Shown: positions 1-8,392 of the stretch, one piece after another | How the letters are laid out: every line of letters starts with the position of its first letter | Numbering within the stretch: position 1 is the first letter of the stretch | Origin: Dehalococcoidia bacterium | GTDB taxonomy: Bacteria > Chloroflexota > Dehalococcoidia > Dehalococcoidales > RBG-16-60-22 | NCBI GenBank assembly: GCA_011174815.1 | Contig: DUFF01000082.1 | Location: 1 to 48,693, forward strand | Length of the DNA: 48,693 nucleotides | Direction of reading: 5' to 3' | Position numbers and translations under genes: made by a program | Notes under the pieces: generated by a model | The model's input: the letters and a program-made list of their open reading frames with translations, nothing else | What the model was told of the DNA's origin: nothing | Databases searched by the model: none

Positions 1-46
1 CTCAACTCATACATCGAGGCGATTGACCCCAGGATCAAACTGACCT

Positions 47-454
47 GTGTATCCTGCCCTCCGGATACACACCCGCCGGAATACTGGTGTCAGTGGCGGT
101 TCGACCTCCGGGATTAAGCTTGCTGTTGCCCTGGTGCTGGGAGCGCTGTGGTTCTTCAAAGTCAGGATTCCTTTGTGGACAGCGGTTGTGCTGGCCCTGT
201 TGCTCGGTGGTATAGCCTTCGTCATTCATAAGCTGGTCATACCCAGTTTTCACGCCAGACAGGTTACCGGCCCGGAGAGCATGGTTGGCCATGTGGGCGA
301 GGTCACGGAACCACTGAGGCCGAAGGGAACGGTGAAGGTCGAGGGTGAGTACTGGAAGGCAAGGTCAGTGGACGGGGATGTTGACGTGGGGGAAAGCGTG
401 GAAATTCTGGACCTGGATAAGCTGACGCTTGAAGTAAAACATAAAGCGGGATAG
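47..454 (+). CDS. NfeD-family small membrane protein (TM helices plus C-terminal OB-fold tail)
   Basis: GTG-initiated ORF directly after an in-frame stop. Hydrophobic stretches LAVALVLGALWFF and AVVLALLLGGIAFVI are followed by an NfeD-like soluble tail, GTVKVEGEYWKARSVDGDVDVGESVEILDLDKLTLEV. Confidence 0.6.
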   Translation: MYPALRIHTRRNTGVSGGSTSGIKLAVALVLGALWFFKVRIPLWTAVVLALLLGGIAFVIHKLVIPSFHARQVTGPESMVGHVGEVTEPLRPKGTVKVEGEYWKARSVDGDVDVGESVEILDLDKLTLEVKHKAG

Positions 455-458
455 CCAC

Positions 459-1469
459 TTGGGGTTAATAGTGGAGCCGGAATATATTGCTCTGTATAAA
501 TCGGGTGAACTGGAGCGCCGCGCCCGGGCACTGGAGGCACGGCTGCGTTCCTGTGATATCTGCCCGCGGGAGTGCGGCGTTAACCGCCTGAAGAATGAGA
601 AGGGTTTCTGCCATTCCGGCTCCCTGCCGACAGTGGCTGCGGTCTGTGCCCATCATGGGGAGGAGCCGGCCATATCCGGGGATAGAGGCTCGGGGACCAT
701 CTTTTTCGGCAATTGCAATCTGCGCTGCGCTTATTGTCAGAACCATCAGATAAGTCAGAACCACCGGGCGCAGTCAAAAAATCAGATTGACCATCAGGCC
801 TTGGCCAGCCATATGCTTTATCTCCAGGATGAGCTGGGCTGTCACAATATCAACTTCGTCTCGCCATCGCACTTCGTCCCGCAGCTGGTGAAGGCGGTGC
901 TGGCCGCAGTGCCCATGGGCCTGCATATCCCTCTGGTTTACAATACCAGCAGCTATGATTCGATTGAAACTTTGAAAGCGCTTGATGGTGTAGTCGGCGT
1001 TTATCTGGCCGACCTCAGGTACGCCTCAAACCGCTGGGGGAGGAGGTTCTCCCGTGTCCCGGAATATGTGGCGCGGGCCAGGGACGCGATTAAGGAGATG
1101 TACCGGCAGGTGGGGAATCTGGTGGTGGATGAAAACGGTATTGCCCGGAGAGGGTTGATTGTGCGACACCTGATACTGCCCAATGGGCTGGCGGGAAGCC
1201 GGGAATCGCTGGCTTGGCTGGCGGCTCAGGTCTCTCCGGCAGTCACGGTCAGTATTATGGCGCAGTATTATCCTGCCCACCGTGCCCCGCAGATACCCTT
1301 GCTTGCTCGTAAAATCACTTCGCCGGAATATGAAGAGGTCCTCGATATTTTGGATGAGCTGGGTATGGAAAATGGCTGGGTACAGGAGATGGACGCTTCA
1401 GATACCTACCAGCCTGATTTCGCCCGTGAGGGGCCCCCTTTTGAGCCAGCGTTACACCGCCGAAAGTAA
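459..1469 (+). CDS. Radical SAM protein, PflX/activase-like (COG1313-type)
   Basis: CNLRCAYCQN is a CxxxCxxC radical-SAM cluster motif. The N-terminus is Cys-rich (CDICPRECGVNR..GFCH). The start (TTG 459 or GTG 471) is uncertain. Confidence 0.85.
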   Translation: MGLIVEPEYIALYKSGELERRARALEARLRSCDICPRECGVNRLKNEKGFCHSGSLPTVAAVCAHHGEEPAISGDRGSGTIFFGNCNLRCAYCQNHQISQNHRAQSKNQIDHQALASHMLYLQDELGCHNINFVSPSHFVPQLVKAVLAAVPMGLHIPLVYNTSSYDSIETLKALDGVVGVYLADLRYASNRWGRRFSRVPEYVARARDAIKEMYRQVGNLVVDENGIARRGLIVRHLILPNGLAGSRESLAWLAAQVSPAVTVSIMAQYYPAHRAPQIPLLARKITSPEYEEVLDILDELGMENGWVQEMDASDTYQPDFAREGPPFEPALHRRK

Positions 1470-1746
1470 GGCTAGCTGGATTTCCCTTTCCGTTTCATCC
1501 AGGGAAAGTGTATCTTCCTGCCGTTGCGCTTGTCTTTCTTGTTTACGTTTTCAATGAATGTCTTGACATCAGTAAGGGATTTTTCACTCATAACATAATC
1601 CTTCCCTAGGCTTAAAGCCAGAAACATTATACTATATCGGCACTCTCAGTACAAAACTGGCTCTTGACAAAGCGGGCTTGGCTACCTGAAGTATCCGCTG
1701 GAATTGATTTTAAGGCTGACAAGGTGATACACTTTAATTTAATAAT

Positions 1747-2730
1747 ATGAGTTATACCGTCACTCCGGAGAGTTTTGCCCGCCTCACTTCATACTGGGCT
1801 GACTCCAACTCTGGGTTGAAGTGGGGTTCAATTTTTGCTTTACCGCCTTGGCTGGAAGTCTGGTGGCGTACTTTTCAGCTAAAGACAGAATTATATCTAG
1901 CGTCAGTGCGTGATGGGTCTGGTGTTATCGGCATCGCTCCGCTCCATCTCAAAGGGAGGGAAGCGCGCTTTGTGGGCAGCCCCGATGTCTGCGATTATCA
2001 GGACTGCGTCATCGTGCCCGGAAGGGGGTCTGAATTCTACAACGCGTTGCTTGATGACTTGGGCCGCCGAGGTGTCAGCCAGCTTGACCTGAATCCGGTG
2101 CGGCCGGACTCAACTGTGATTACCAGTCTGCTGGATGTGGTCGAAAAACGCGGTGGCGACGTAGTTTGCCAGGAAGGTGACGTAACTGTGGAGATGGATT
2201 TGCCTGGTGAATGGGAGGAATACCTTACCGGACTGGACAGGAAACAGCGGCATGAGGTAAGGCGCAAGCTGAGGAGATTATGGGAAGCGGGAGATGTGCA
2301 ATATCGCTGCCATGAGGTCAGCCCGAAAGATGTCAATGGTCTGACCGATACCTTCCTGAAACTCTTTTCTCTGAGCCGTGCAGAAAAAGCGGACTTCATG
2401 ACCTCGCAGATGGAGGCGTTTTTTCAGTCGCTGGCGGAGGCTATGACTGAGGTCAGGCTGCTGCGTTACGGTATCCTTGAGGTGGCTTCGCAGCCCGCGG
2501 CCATGATCATGGGCTTTGACTTCGAAGGGGCAATGTACCTGTATAACAGTGCTTATAACCCGCAGTACGATTCCTTGAGTGTTGGTCTGCTTTCCAAGAT
2601 TCTCTGTATCAAGGAGAGCATTGCTCTAGGCCGGAGGAAGTGGGATTTTCTCAAGGGTGCTGAGAAATATAAATACCAGCTGGGAGGCAGTGAAATCAGG
2701 CTGTACGATTGTCGCATAACGTTGAAGTAA
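1747..2730 (+). CDS. CelD/BcsL-type GNAT (FemAB-fold, Acetyltransf_6-like) acyl/aminoacyl-transferase
   Basis: 327-aa ORF ending in the family-typical DFLKGAEKYKYQLGG string. Size and layout fit CelD/BcsL family proteins. It is co-directional with the GT4 gene 18 nt downstream. Confidence 0.7.
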   Translation: MSYTVTPESFARLTSYWADSNSGLKWGSIFALPPWLEVWWRTFQLKTELYLASVRDGSGVIGIAPLHLKGREARFVGSPDVCDYQDCVIVPGRGSEFYNALLDDLGRRGVSQLDLNPVRPDSTVITSLLDVVEKRGGDVVCQEGDVTVEMDLPGEWEEYLTGLDRKQRHEVRRKLRRLWEAGDVQYRCHEVSPKDVNGLTDTFLKLFSLSRAEKADFMTSQMEAFFQSLAEAMTEVRLLRYGILEVASQPAAMIMGFDFEGAMYLYNSAYNPQYDSLSVGLLSKILCIKESIALGRRKWDFLKGAEKYKYQLGGSEIRLYDCRITLK

Positions 2731-2748
2731 GGGTAAGGGAGACATATT

Positions 2749-3978
2749 TTGCCAAAGGAAAAACTGCTTAAAATTGCCATGCTCAGTGCGCATAGCTGCC
2801 CGGTGGGCAGGCTGGGTACCAGAGATACCGGCGGCATGAGCGTCTATGTCCTGGAGCTGGCCCGTGAACTGGGCAAAATGGGACATCAGGTTGATATATA
2901 TACCAGAGTCCATGACCCTGCCGACAAAGTGATATATGAATTGGGCCAGAATGCTCGCCTCATTCACCTCAGAGCAGGCGAAGACGAGGAGATACATAAA
3001 CTGGCGGTATATCCCCACCTCCCCGATCTCGCCCGACGTCTTGAGGATTTCCGCAGAGAGAATCGCCTGCATTATGACCTGGTCCACAGCCATTACTGGT
3101 TGTCAGCCTGGGTGGGGAGGCATCTGCAGAAATGGTGGCGGGTGCCTCATATGGTCATGTTCCATACCCTGGGCGCGGTGAAAAATGCGGTTGGCGTCGG
3201 GGGAAGAGAGCCCGAACTGCGCATCAAAACGGAACGTTCTGTGGTCAGCAGCTGCCAGCGCATTATTGCCGCCACCGAGAAGGAAAAAGAGGACCTGAAA
3301 CGATATTACGACGCATCGGCGGATAAGGTCAGGATCATTCCCTGCGGCGTAAATCTGGATATGTTCCAGCCGATAGGGAAAAGGTCGGCTAGGGAGCAAC
3401 TTGGTTTGAATGGCGACAAGACCGTTATATTTGTCGGGCGTATTGAACCTCTCAAGGGCATCGACCGGTTAATGTTAGCCATGACTTACCTGAAAGATGG
3501 TCACCGGCCGCGACTTCTAATCGTTGGTGGTGGGGAGAACAGTCGAAATGAAGTTGAGCGCCTGAAAAAGCTGGCGGTGGGGCTTCAGATACAGGATAGA
3601 ATTGAGTTTATGGGGTTAATAAAGCAGCCTGATTTACCGCTTTTTTACAGCGCGGCTGACGTCTGCGTTGTGCCGTCATATTACGAAAGTTTCGGCCTGG
3701 TGGCGCTGGAATCGCTGGCCTGCGGCACCCCGGTGGTGGCAACGAAGGTGGGTGGTGCGGAAAACATTATCCGGCACGGCCAAACCGGGTATCTGGTTGC
3801 AGACAATGAGCCCAGCGGGCTGGCGGAGAAGATAACGTTGGCGCTGGCACAGTCGGATAATAACAAGCGTCTGGCCTCGGTAATGCGGACTTCGTTGGTG
3901 CCGTTCCGATGGACGAATATCGCTGAGATGGTAGCCCGTGAATGTCGCGACCTGCTGGTGAACGGCACGGCTGATTAA
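2749..3978 (+). CDS. GT4 glycosyltransferase, MshA-like (retaining GT-B)
   Basis: KIAMLSAHSCPVGRLGTRDTGGMSVYV, HSHYWLS, HTLGAVKN and ESFGLVALESLACGTPVVA resemble actinobacterial MshA by eye. TTG start with GGGAG 7 nt upstream; an alternative ATG lies at 2779. Confidence 0.85.
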   Translation: MPKEKLLKIAMLSAHSCPVGRLGTRDTGGMSVYVLELARELGKMGHQVDIYTRVHDPADKVIYELGQNARLIHLRAGEDEEIHKLAVYPHLPDLARRLEDFRRENRLHYDLVHSHYWLSAWVGRHLQKWWRVPHMVMFHTLGAVKNAVGVGGREPELRIKTERSVVSSCQRIIAATEKEKEDLKRYYDASADKVRIIPCGVNLDMFQPIGKRSAREQLGLNGDKTVIFVGRIEPLKGIDRLMLAMTYLKDGHRPRLLIVGGGENSRNEVERLKKLAVGLQIQDRIEFMGLIKQPDLPLFYSAADVCVVPSYYESFGLVALESLACGTPVVATKVGGAENIIRHGQTGYLVADNEPSGLAEKITLALAQSDNNKRLASVMRTSLVPFRWTNIAEMVARECRDLLVNGTAD

Positions 3979-4895
3979 TCGATTCGCTTTTCATAGTAAA
4001 GGCTGCGTGTCCTCACCTGAAAGCCCGAAGACCTGTAGAGCGAATGGGCTGCCAGGTTCTCGCTGTCCACGGTCAAATCCACGGCTCCGATCCCCTTATC
4101 TTTGAGGTGGGACAGCCCCTCCAGTAATGCCAGCCTGCCGATGCCTCGACCACGGTAATCAAGGTCAACGCCGAGCATAAGGATGCGCCCTTTTCCCGCC
4201 GCCCTTTCACAGTTTGTTTTCGTCCAGCAGTATCCAGCCGGTCGCTCCCCGTCATATATGAGGACAACATCTTCCGGTGAGGCGTCGCTCAGGCTTAGAG
4301 AATAAGCAATCTCTTCCGGCGTGTTCGGGTTAAAGCCCCAGGTATCGGCAAAGCAGCGGTTCTGTAGCTGAGCCAGCTTTTCTTCCTCTCCGCGCTGCAG
4401 GTGGCGCATGGTGAAATCGTTGCTTCGTACATCCGGCAGCTCTATATCACTCAAAGACAGGCTCATTTCGAGGAAATGCCTGATTACATTGAAGCCCAGT
4501 TTGGAGAGCACCTTTCTGGCGACGGCATTTTCCTCCAGCACGCTGGCGTGCATTACATCAACCTTTAGCCCCCGAATATGTGGCATGGCCCGGTCAAGAA
4601 GTTGCTTCGCCAGACCTTTGCGGCGATGCTCGGGATGTACCAGAAAGTCAAGCAGCACCCGATGGGTAATCAGCTCCGACTTAATATTCAAGAAGCCGGC
4701 GATTTTTCCGGATGCTTCCGCGATGAACAAGTCCTTTTGCGGGTCATAGAGGGGGCGGTGTAGATACTCTTGGAGCACTTGCCGTGAAGTGCAGCGCCCT
4801 GATTGGTCTACCTTTTCCGCTTCAAGTTGTAATTTTACGTAGCCATCGAAATCTGATGATCGGTAATTTCTGATTTCATAGGTTTGCTGGCTCAT
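3975..4895 (-). CDS. Two-domain GNAT N-acetyltransferase, MshD (mycothiol synthase)-like
   Basis: Two GNAT cores (HPEHRRKGLAKQLL and LDYRGRGIGRLAL). The C-domain string GYCWTKTN...MLGVDLDYRGRGIG resembles MshD. Its stop codon overlaps the stop of the convergent GT4 gene. Confidence 0.75.
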   Translation of the reverse strand: MSQQTYEIRNYRSSDFDGYVKLQLEAEKVDQSGRCTSRQVLQEYLHRPLYDPQKDLFIAEASGKIAGFLNIKSELITHRVLLDFLVHPEHRRKGLAKQLLDRAMPHIRGLKVDVMHASVLEENAVARKVLSKLGFNVIRHFLEMSLSLSDIELPDVRSNDFTMRHLQRGEEEKLAQLQNRCFADTWGFNPNTPEEIAYSLSLSDASPEDVVLIYDGERPAGYCWTKTNCERAAGKGRILMLGVDLDYRGRGIGRLALLEGLSHLKDKGIGAVDLTVDSENLAAHSLYRSSGFQVRTRSLYYEKRID

Positions 4896-4983
4896 TCTGG
4901 CGCGTCCTTATCTCAAGATTGTATCAAGTACGCTGATGTTATACAATGCTAGTTAGGACCTCAGAAACAAGGAGATTCCCCAA

Positions 4984-5685
4984 ATGACAGTTAAAAAAGC
5001 CGATGTTCTGGTTATCACGCCACACCCGGATGATGCCGAGTTCGGCGTGGCCGGAACGGTAGCCAAGTGGGTAGCTGAAGGTAAGGAAGTGGTCTATGTG
5101 GTGTGTACCAACGGTGATAAAGGTACTGGAGATTACAGTGTAAAACCAGAGGAACTAGCCGCAATCCGGGAACAGGAACAACGCTGTGCGGCTGAAGTGC
5201 TGGGAGTAAGGGAAGTCATTTTTCTGCACCACGAAGACCAGAGCCTGGAAGATACCCCCGAGTTCCGCAAAGAAATTGTCCGTATGATAAGGATGTTCCG
5301 GCCGGACATTGTCGTCTCGGCGGACCCGTATCGACGTTACATCTGGCATCGCGACCACCGGGTTACCGGCCAGGTTGTTTTGGACGCCGTTTTTCCCTAT
5401 GCCAGAGACCACCTTGCTTACCCGGACCTGCTGGAAGAAGGGCTCAAACCACACAAGGTTAAAGAAGTCTGGCTGTGGACCATCGCCGATAACATCAATC
5501 ACCGCTCGGATATCACAGACACGCTTCATATCAAGGTGAAGGCCTTGCGCTGCCACGAAAGCCAGGTGGGCAATAACCGTTTCCCGGATATCGAGGGGAG
5601 GCTCAGGGAGTGGGCAAAGGACAGGGCCAAGGGTACAGAGTATGAGTTCGCTGAGGCTTTCCACCGCGAGGAAATCCTCTGGTAA
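4984..5685 (+). CDS. PIG-L/LmbE-family N-acetylglucosaminyl deacetylase (MshB/BshB-like)
   Basis: Signature VITPHPDDAEFGVAGT plus a downstream HRDH. AAGGAGA RBS 7 nt upstream of the ATG. Confidence 0.85.
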   Translation: MTVKKADVLVITPHPDDAEFGVAGTVAKWVAEGKEVVYVVCTNGDKGTGDYSVKPEELAAIREQEQRCAAEVLGVREVIFLHHEDQSLEDTPEFRKEIVRMIRMFRPDIVVSADPYRRYIWHRDHRVTGQVVLDAVFPYARDHLAYPDLLEEGLKPHKVKEVWLWTIADNINHRSDITDTLHIKVKALRCHESQVGNNRFPDIEGRLREWAKDRAKGTEYEFAEAFHREEILW

Positions 5686-5697
5686 CTGAATCTGTTA

Positions 5698-6339
5698 TCA
5701 GGACGTAAGCCAGAGCACATCGCCGCAGAGGTCAGACCGGTGAGGGCGGGAGGAGAAAGCGGCGAATTCATCTTTTGCCTGCTTTATAGTAGTCGGCTCG
5801 CCGTGTCCGGGGTAAACCTGAGTATCATCGTCCATTGTGAATAATTTCCCGGTTATCGATTTTACCACCTGGGCAAAGTCGGCCGGCGTATTTGTCCTGC
5901 CTGGGCCTCCGGGGAAAAGGGTGTCTCCCGAGAGCAGATAATTATTCGTTTTGAAGCACAGGCTGCCGGGCGTATGACCGGGCGTGTGCAGCACGTAAAC
6001 CTGTATCTTCCCCAGAGTGATGGTATCACTCTGATTGAGCATTATCTCGGGGGGTGGGGATAACGCATTGGAATCGGCGGCGTGGGCCGCCAGCGGGACT
6101 TTGAGCTCCGAACACAGTTCTCCAAGTGCCCCAATGTGGTCCATATGGGAATGAGTGAGCAGAATATACAGGGGAGTGGTGCCCTTTAACCTGGCAATGA
6201 TTTTCTCTGCTTCGTCAGGCGCGTCTACCACTGCGCTTTCTCCAGTCTCCTTGCCGACAAGAAGGTAAGCATTGGTGCCAAAAGCGCCCAGTTGCAGCCG
6301 TTCTATCCGCAAGTGGTCATCACTGACAACGGTGGTCAT
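5698..6339 (-). CDS. MBL-fold metallohydrolase, glyoxalase II (hydroxyacyl-thiol hydrolase)-like
   Basis: HSHMDHIG (HxHxDH) and HTPGHTPGS motifs. The ORF is open to 6360 (TTG), but GAGG sits 8 nt upstream of the ATG at 6339, so that start is preferred. Confidence 0.85.
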   Translation of the reverse strand: MTTVVSDDHLRIERLQLGAFGTNAYLLVGKETGESAVVDAPDEAEKIIARLKGTTPLYILLTHSHMDHIGALGELCSELKVPLAAHAADSNALSPPPEIMLNQSDTITLGKIQVYVLHTPGHTPGSLCFKTNNYLLSGDTLFPGGPGRTNTPADFAQVVKSITGKLFTMDDDTQVYPGHGEPTTIKQAKDEFAAFSSRPHRSDLCGDVLWLTS

Positions 6340-6426
6340 AGTCATCACCTCACCTTCCAAGCACTATTATACCATTTGGCCTGGGATGCCATCAGGACCC
6401 GAAGCCAGAGAGCATCAGTTGCTACG

Positions 6427-6455
6427 TTGACGGCTTGCGCTTTGCCGATTAAAAT
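6427..6455 (+). promoter_or_regulatory. Sigma70-like promoter for the HIT gene
   Basis: TTGACG-N17-TAAAAT, ending 31 nt upstream of the ATG at 6486. Confidence 0.4.
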
Positions 6456-6485
6456 AGCAGCGAGCGAATAAGTAAGGGGTGTTTT

Positions 6486-6959
6486 ATGAAGCGAATCTGG
6501 GCACCGTGGCGCATGCAGCTTATCAGAATGAAAAAGCCGAAGGGCTGTTTTCTCTGTGAAGGCCCGGGTCGGGATGATGATGCAGGGGATTATATCCTTT
6601 ACCGGGGCCTTACCAATTTCGTGGTACTAAACAGCTACCCCTATAATCCGGGACACATGATGGTGGCGCCCTACCGCCATGTAGCCGACCTTGAAGACCT
6701 CAGCGAGGAAGAGCTGAAAGAGCATTTCGAAACCGTCCGCAAGTGTGTTACGGTGCTGCGCCAGGAGTATAATCCCGGGGGTTTAAATATCGGCATCAAT
6801 CTGCGAGAAGCCGGAGGCGCCGGTATTGGCGGCCACATTCATACTCACATTGTGCCGCGCTGGGGAGGCGATACCAATTTCATGCCCGTGCTGGCCGATG
6901 TCAAGGTGCTGCCGGAGGCGCTGACGGAGACCTATGAGAGGCTGAAGGGTAAGTTCTGA
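6486..6959 (+). CDS. HIT-family protein, Ap4A phosphorylase/ATP adenylyltransferase-like branch
   Basis: Histidine triad GGHIHTHIVPRWGGDTNFMPV; N-terminal WAPWR...CFLC as in the GalT-like HIT branch. Confidence 0.85.
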   Translation: MKRIWAPWRMQLIRMKKPKGCFLCEGPGRDDDAGDYILYRGLTNFVVLNSYPYNPGHMMVAPYRHVADLEDLSEEELKEHFETVRKCVTVLRQEYNPGGLNIGINLREAGGAGIGGHIHTHIVPRWGGDTNFMPVLADVKVLPEALTETYERLKGKF

Positions 6960-7051
6960 GGCAGTACATTGACATAACTCTGTGCTGGTGCTAATCTGAA
7001 AGCAAAACGAAACCAGATAACCAGCCAGACATCGTTATCCTGAGAGGAGCC

Positions 7052-8392
7052 ATGATGGCGCAGAGCAATGAGCGGATAAAGGCAGAGGTAGCCGGTATTT
7101 CCCTTGTCGATACGCACGAGCACATCATGCTGGAAGCGGAACGAAACGAATGCGCCGTGGACTTCAGCTATCTTTTTGCCCACTACAATTCCAGCGATTT
7201 GATTTCGGCGGGGTTGTCGCCACGGATGATGGAGGCCATACGTTTCCCGATGTATCCAGTGAGGGTTAAGGCGTACAAACGGCGCAAAGTACGCCGCATC
7301 ATCCCGGAGCCGGAAAGAGGAAACATGTCTCTGGACGAACGCTGGCAGGCGATGGAGCCTTTCTGGGAAAGGATAAGAAATACCGCCTACGCCAAGCAGA
7401 CGCTGATAACCATCCGGGACATATTCGGCATCGATGACCTGAACCGTGATACTTATCGTCAGCTCTCTGAAGCCATCGCCAAATCCAGAGAGCCAGATTG
7501 GTACCGCCACGTCCTGAAAGAGAAAGCGAACATCGCCGTATCCATCGTTGACTGGCAGAGCACTGACCTGCAACCTGACCTTTTCGTTTCTTCCATGCGC
7601 CTGGACCATTTCATCAGCGTGCAGTCCCGGGCCGACCTCGGTGCCTTGGAAGGGGAGTCGGGAATGGCCATCCATTCGCTGGATGACTTGGTGAAGGCGA
7701 TGCACACCGTTCTGGAGGGATACAAGGCAAAGGGTGCGGTGGCGGTCAAGACTGGCCTCGCCTATAACCGCATCCTCAGGTACGACAAAGTATCACGGCA
7801 TGAGGCGGAAACCGCCTTCAACCGCATTGCTAGCCATCTTGGTGAAGGGCTTGCCTGGCTGGAAGCCAAGCCGCTCCAGGACTATATGATGCACCAGGTG
7901 GTACGCGCCGCCATCGAGGCCGGGCTGCCAGTGCAGGTACATACTGGCCTGCAGGAAGGCAATGAGAACATCATCACCAATGCCAACCCCACCCATCTGG
8001 TCAACCTTTTCATTGAGTATAAAGAGGCCAAGTTCGACCTCTTTCACGGAGGGTATCCCTACGTCCACGAGTGGGCAACGCTGGCCAAGTATTTTCCCAA
8101 TGTAACGGCGGACATCACTTGGCTGCCCATTATCTCGCCGGAAATGGCCCGGCGGCTGCTGCACGAACTTATCGAGACGGTTCCCGGCAACAAAATCATG
8201 GCCTTTGGCGGCGACTCAATGACGGTGGAGATGGTATACGGGCACGCGGTTATGGCGCGTCAGGTGGTGGCCCGTGTGCTCTCCGAGAAGGTTGACGAGG
8301 GCTACCTGAGTGAGGATGAAGCCATTATGCTGGCACGGAGAATGCTCAGGGATAACCCGGCGTCGCTATATAATTTAAAGGTTGAGAGATGA
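7052..8392 (+). CDS. Amidohydrolase-superfamily metal-dependent hydrolase (TIM barrel)
   Basis: N-terminal metal motif VDTHEHI, later VHTGL and HGGYPY. Its stop overlaps the kinase start (ATGA). Confidence 0.75.
   Translation: MMAQSNERIKAEVAGISLVDTHEHIMLEAERNECAVDFSYLFAHYNSSDLISAGLSPRMMEAIRFPMYPVRVKAYKRRKVRRIIPEPERGNMSLDERWQAMEPFWERIRNTAYAKQTLITIRDIFGIDDLNRDTYRQLSEAIAKSREPDWYRHVLKEKANIAVSIVDWQSTDLQPDLFVSSMRLDHFISVQSRADLGALEGESGMAIHSLDDLVKAMHTVLEGYKAKGAVAVKTGLAYNRILRYDKVSRHEAETAFNRIASHLGEGLAWLEAKPLQDYMMHQVVRAAIEAGLPVQVHTGLQEGNENIITNANPTHLVNLFIEYKEAKFDLFHGGYPYVHEWATLAKYFPNVTADITWLPIISPEMARRLLHELIETVPGNKIMAFGGDSMTVEMVYGHAVMARQVVARVLSEKVDEGYLSEDEAIMLARRMLRDNPASLYNLKVER

Noticed and set aside
6932-7705. 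A 257-aa minus-strand ORF overlapping the HIT gene's end and the amidohydrolase gene's start.
   Set aside because: It lies antisense to, and overlaps, well-supported plus-strand genes. It has no motifs, and the plus-strand gene has an RBS and the DTHEH metal motif.
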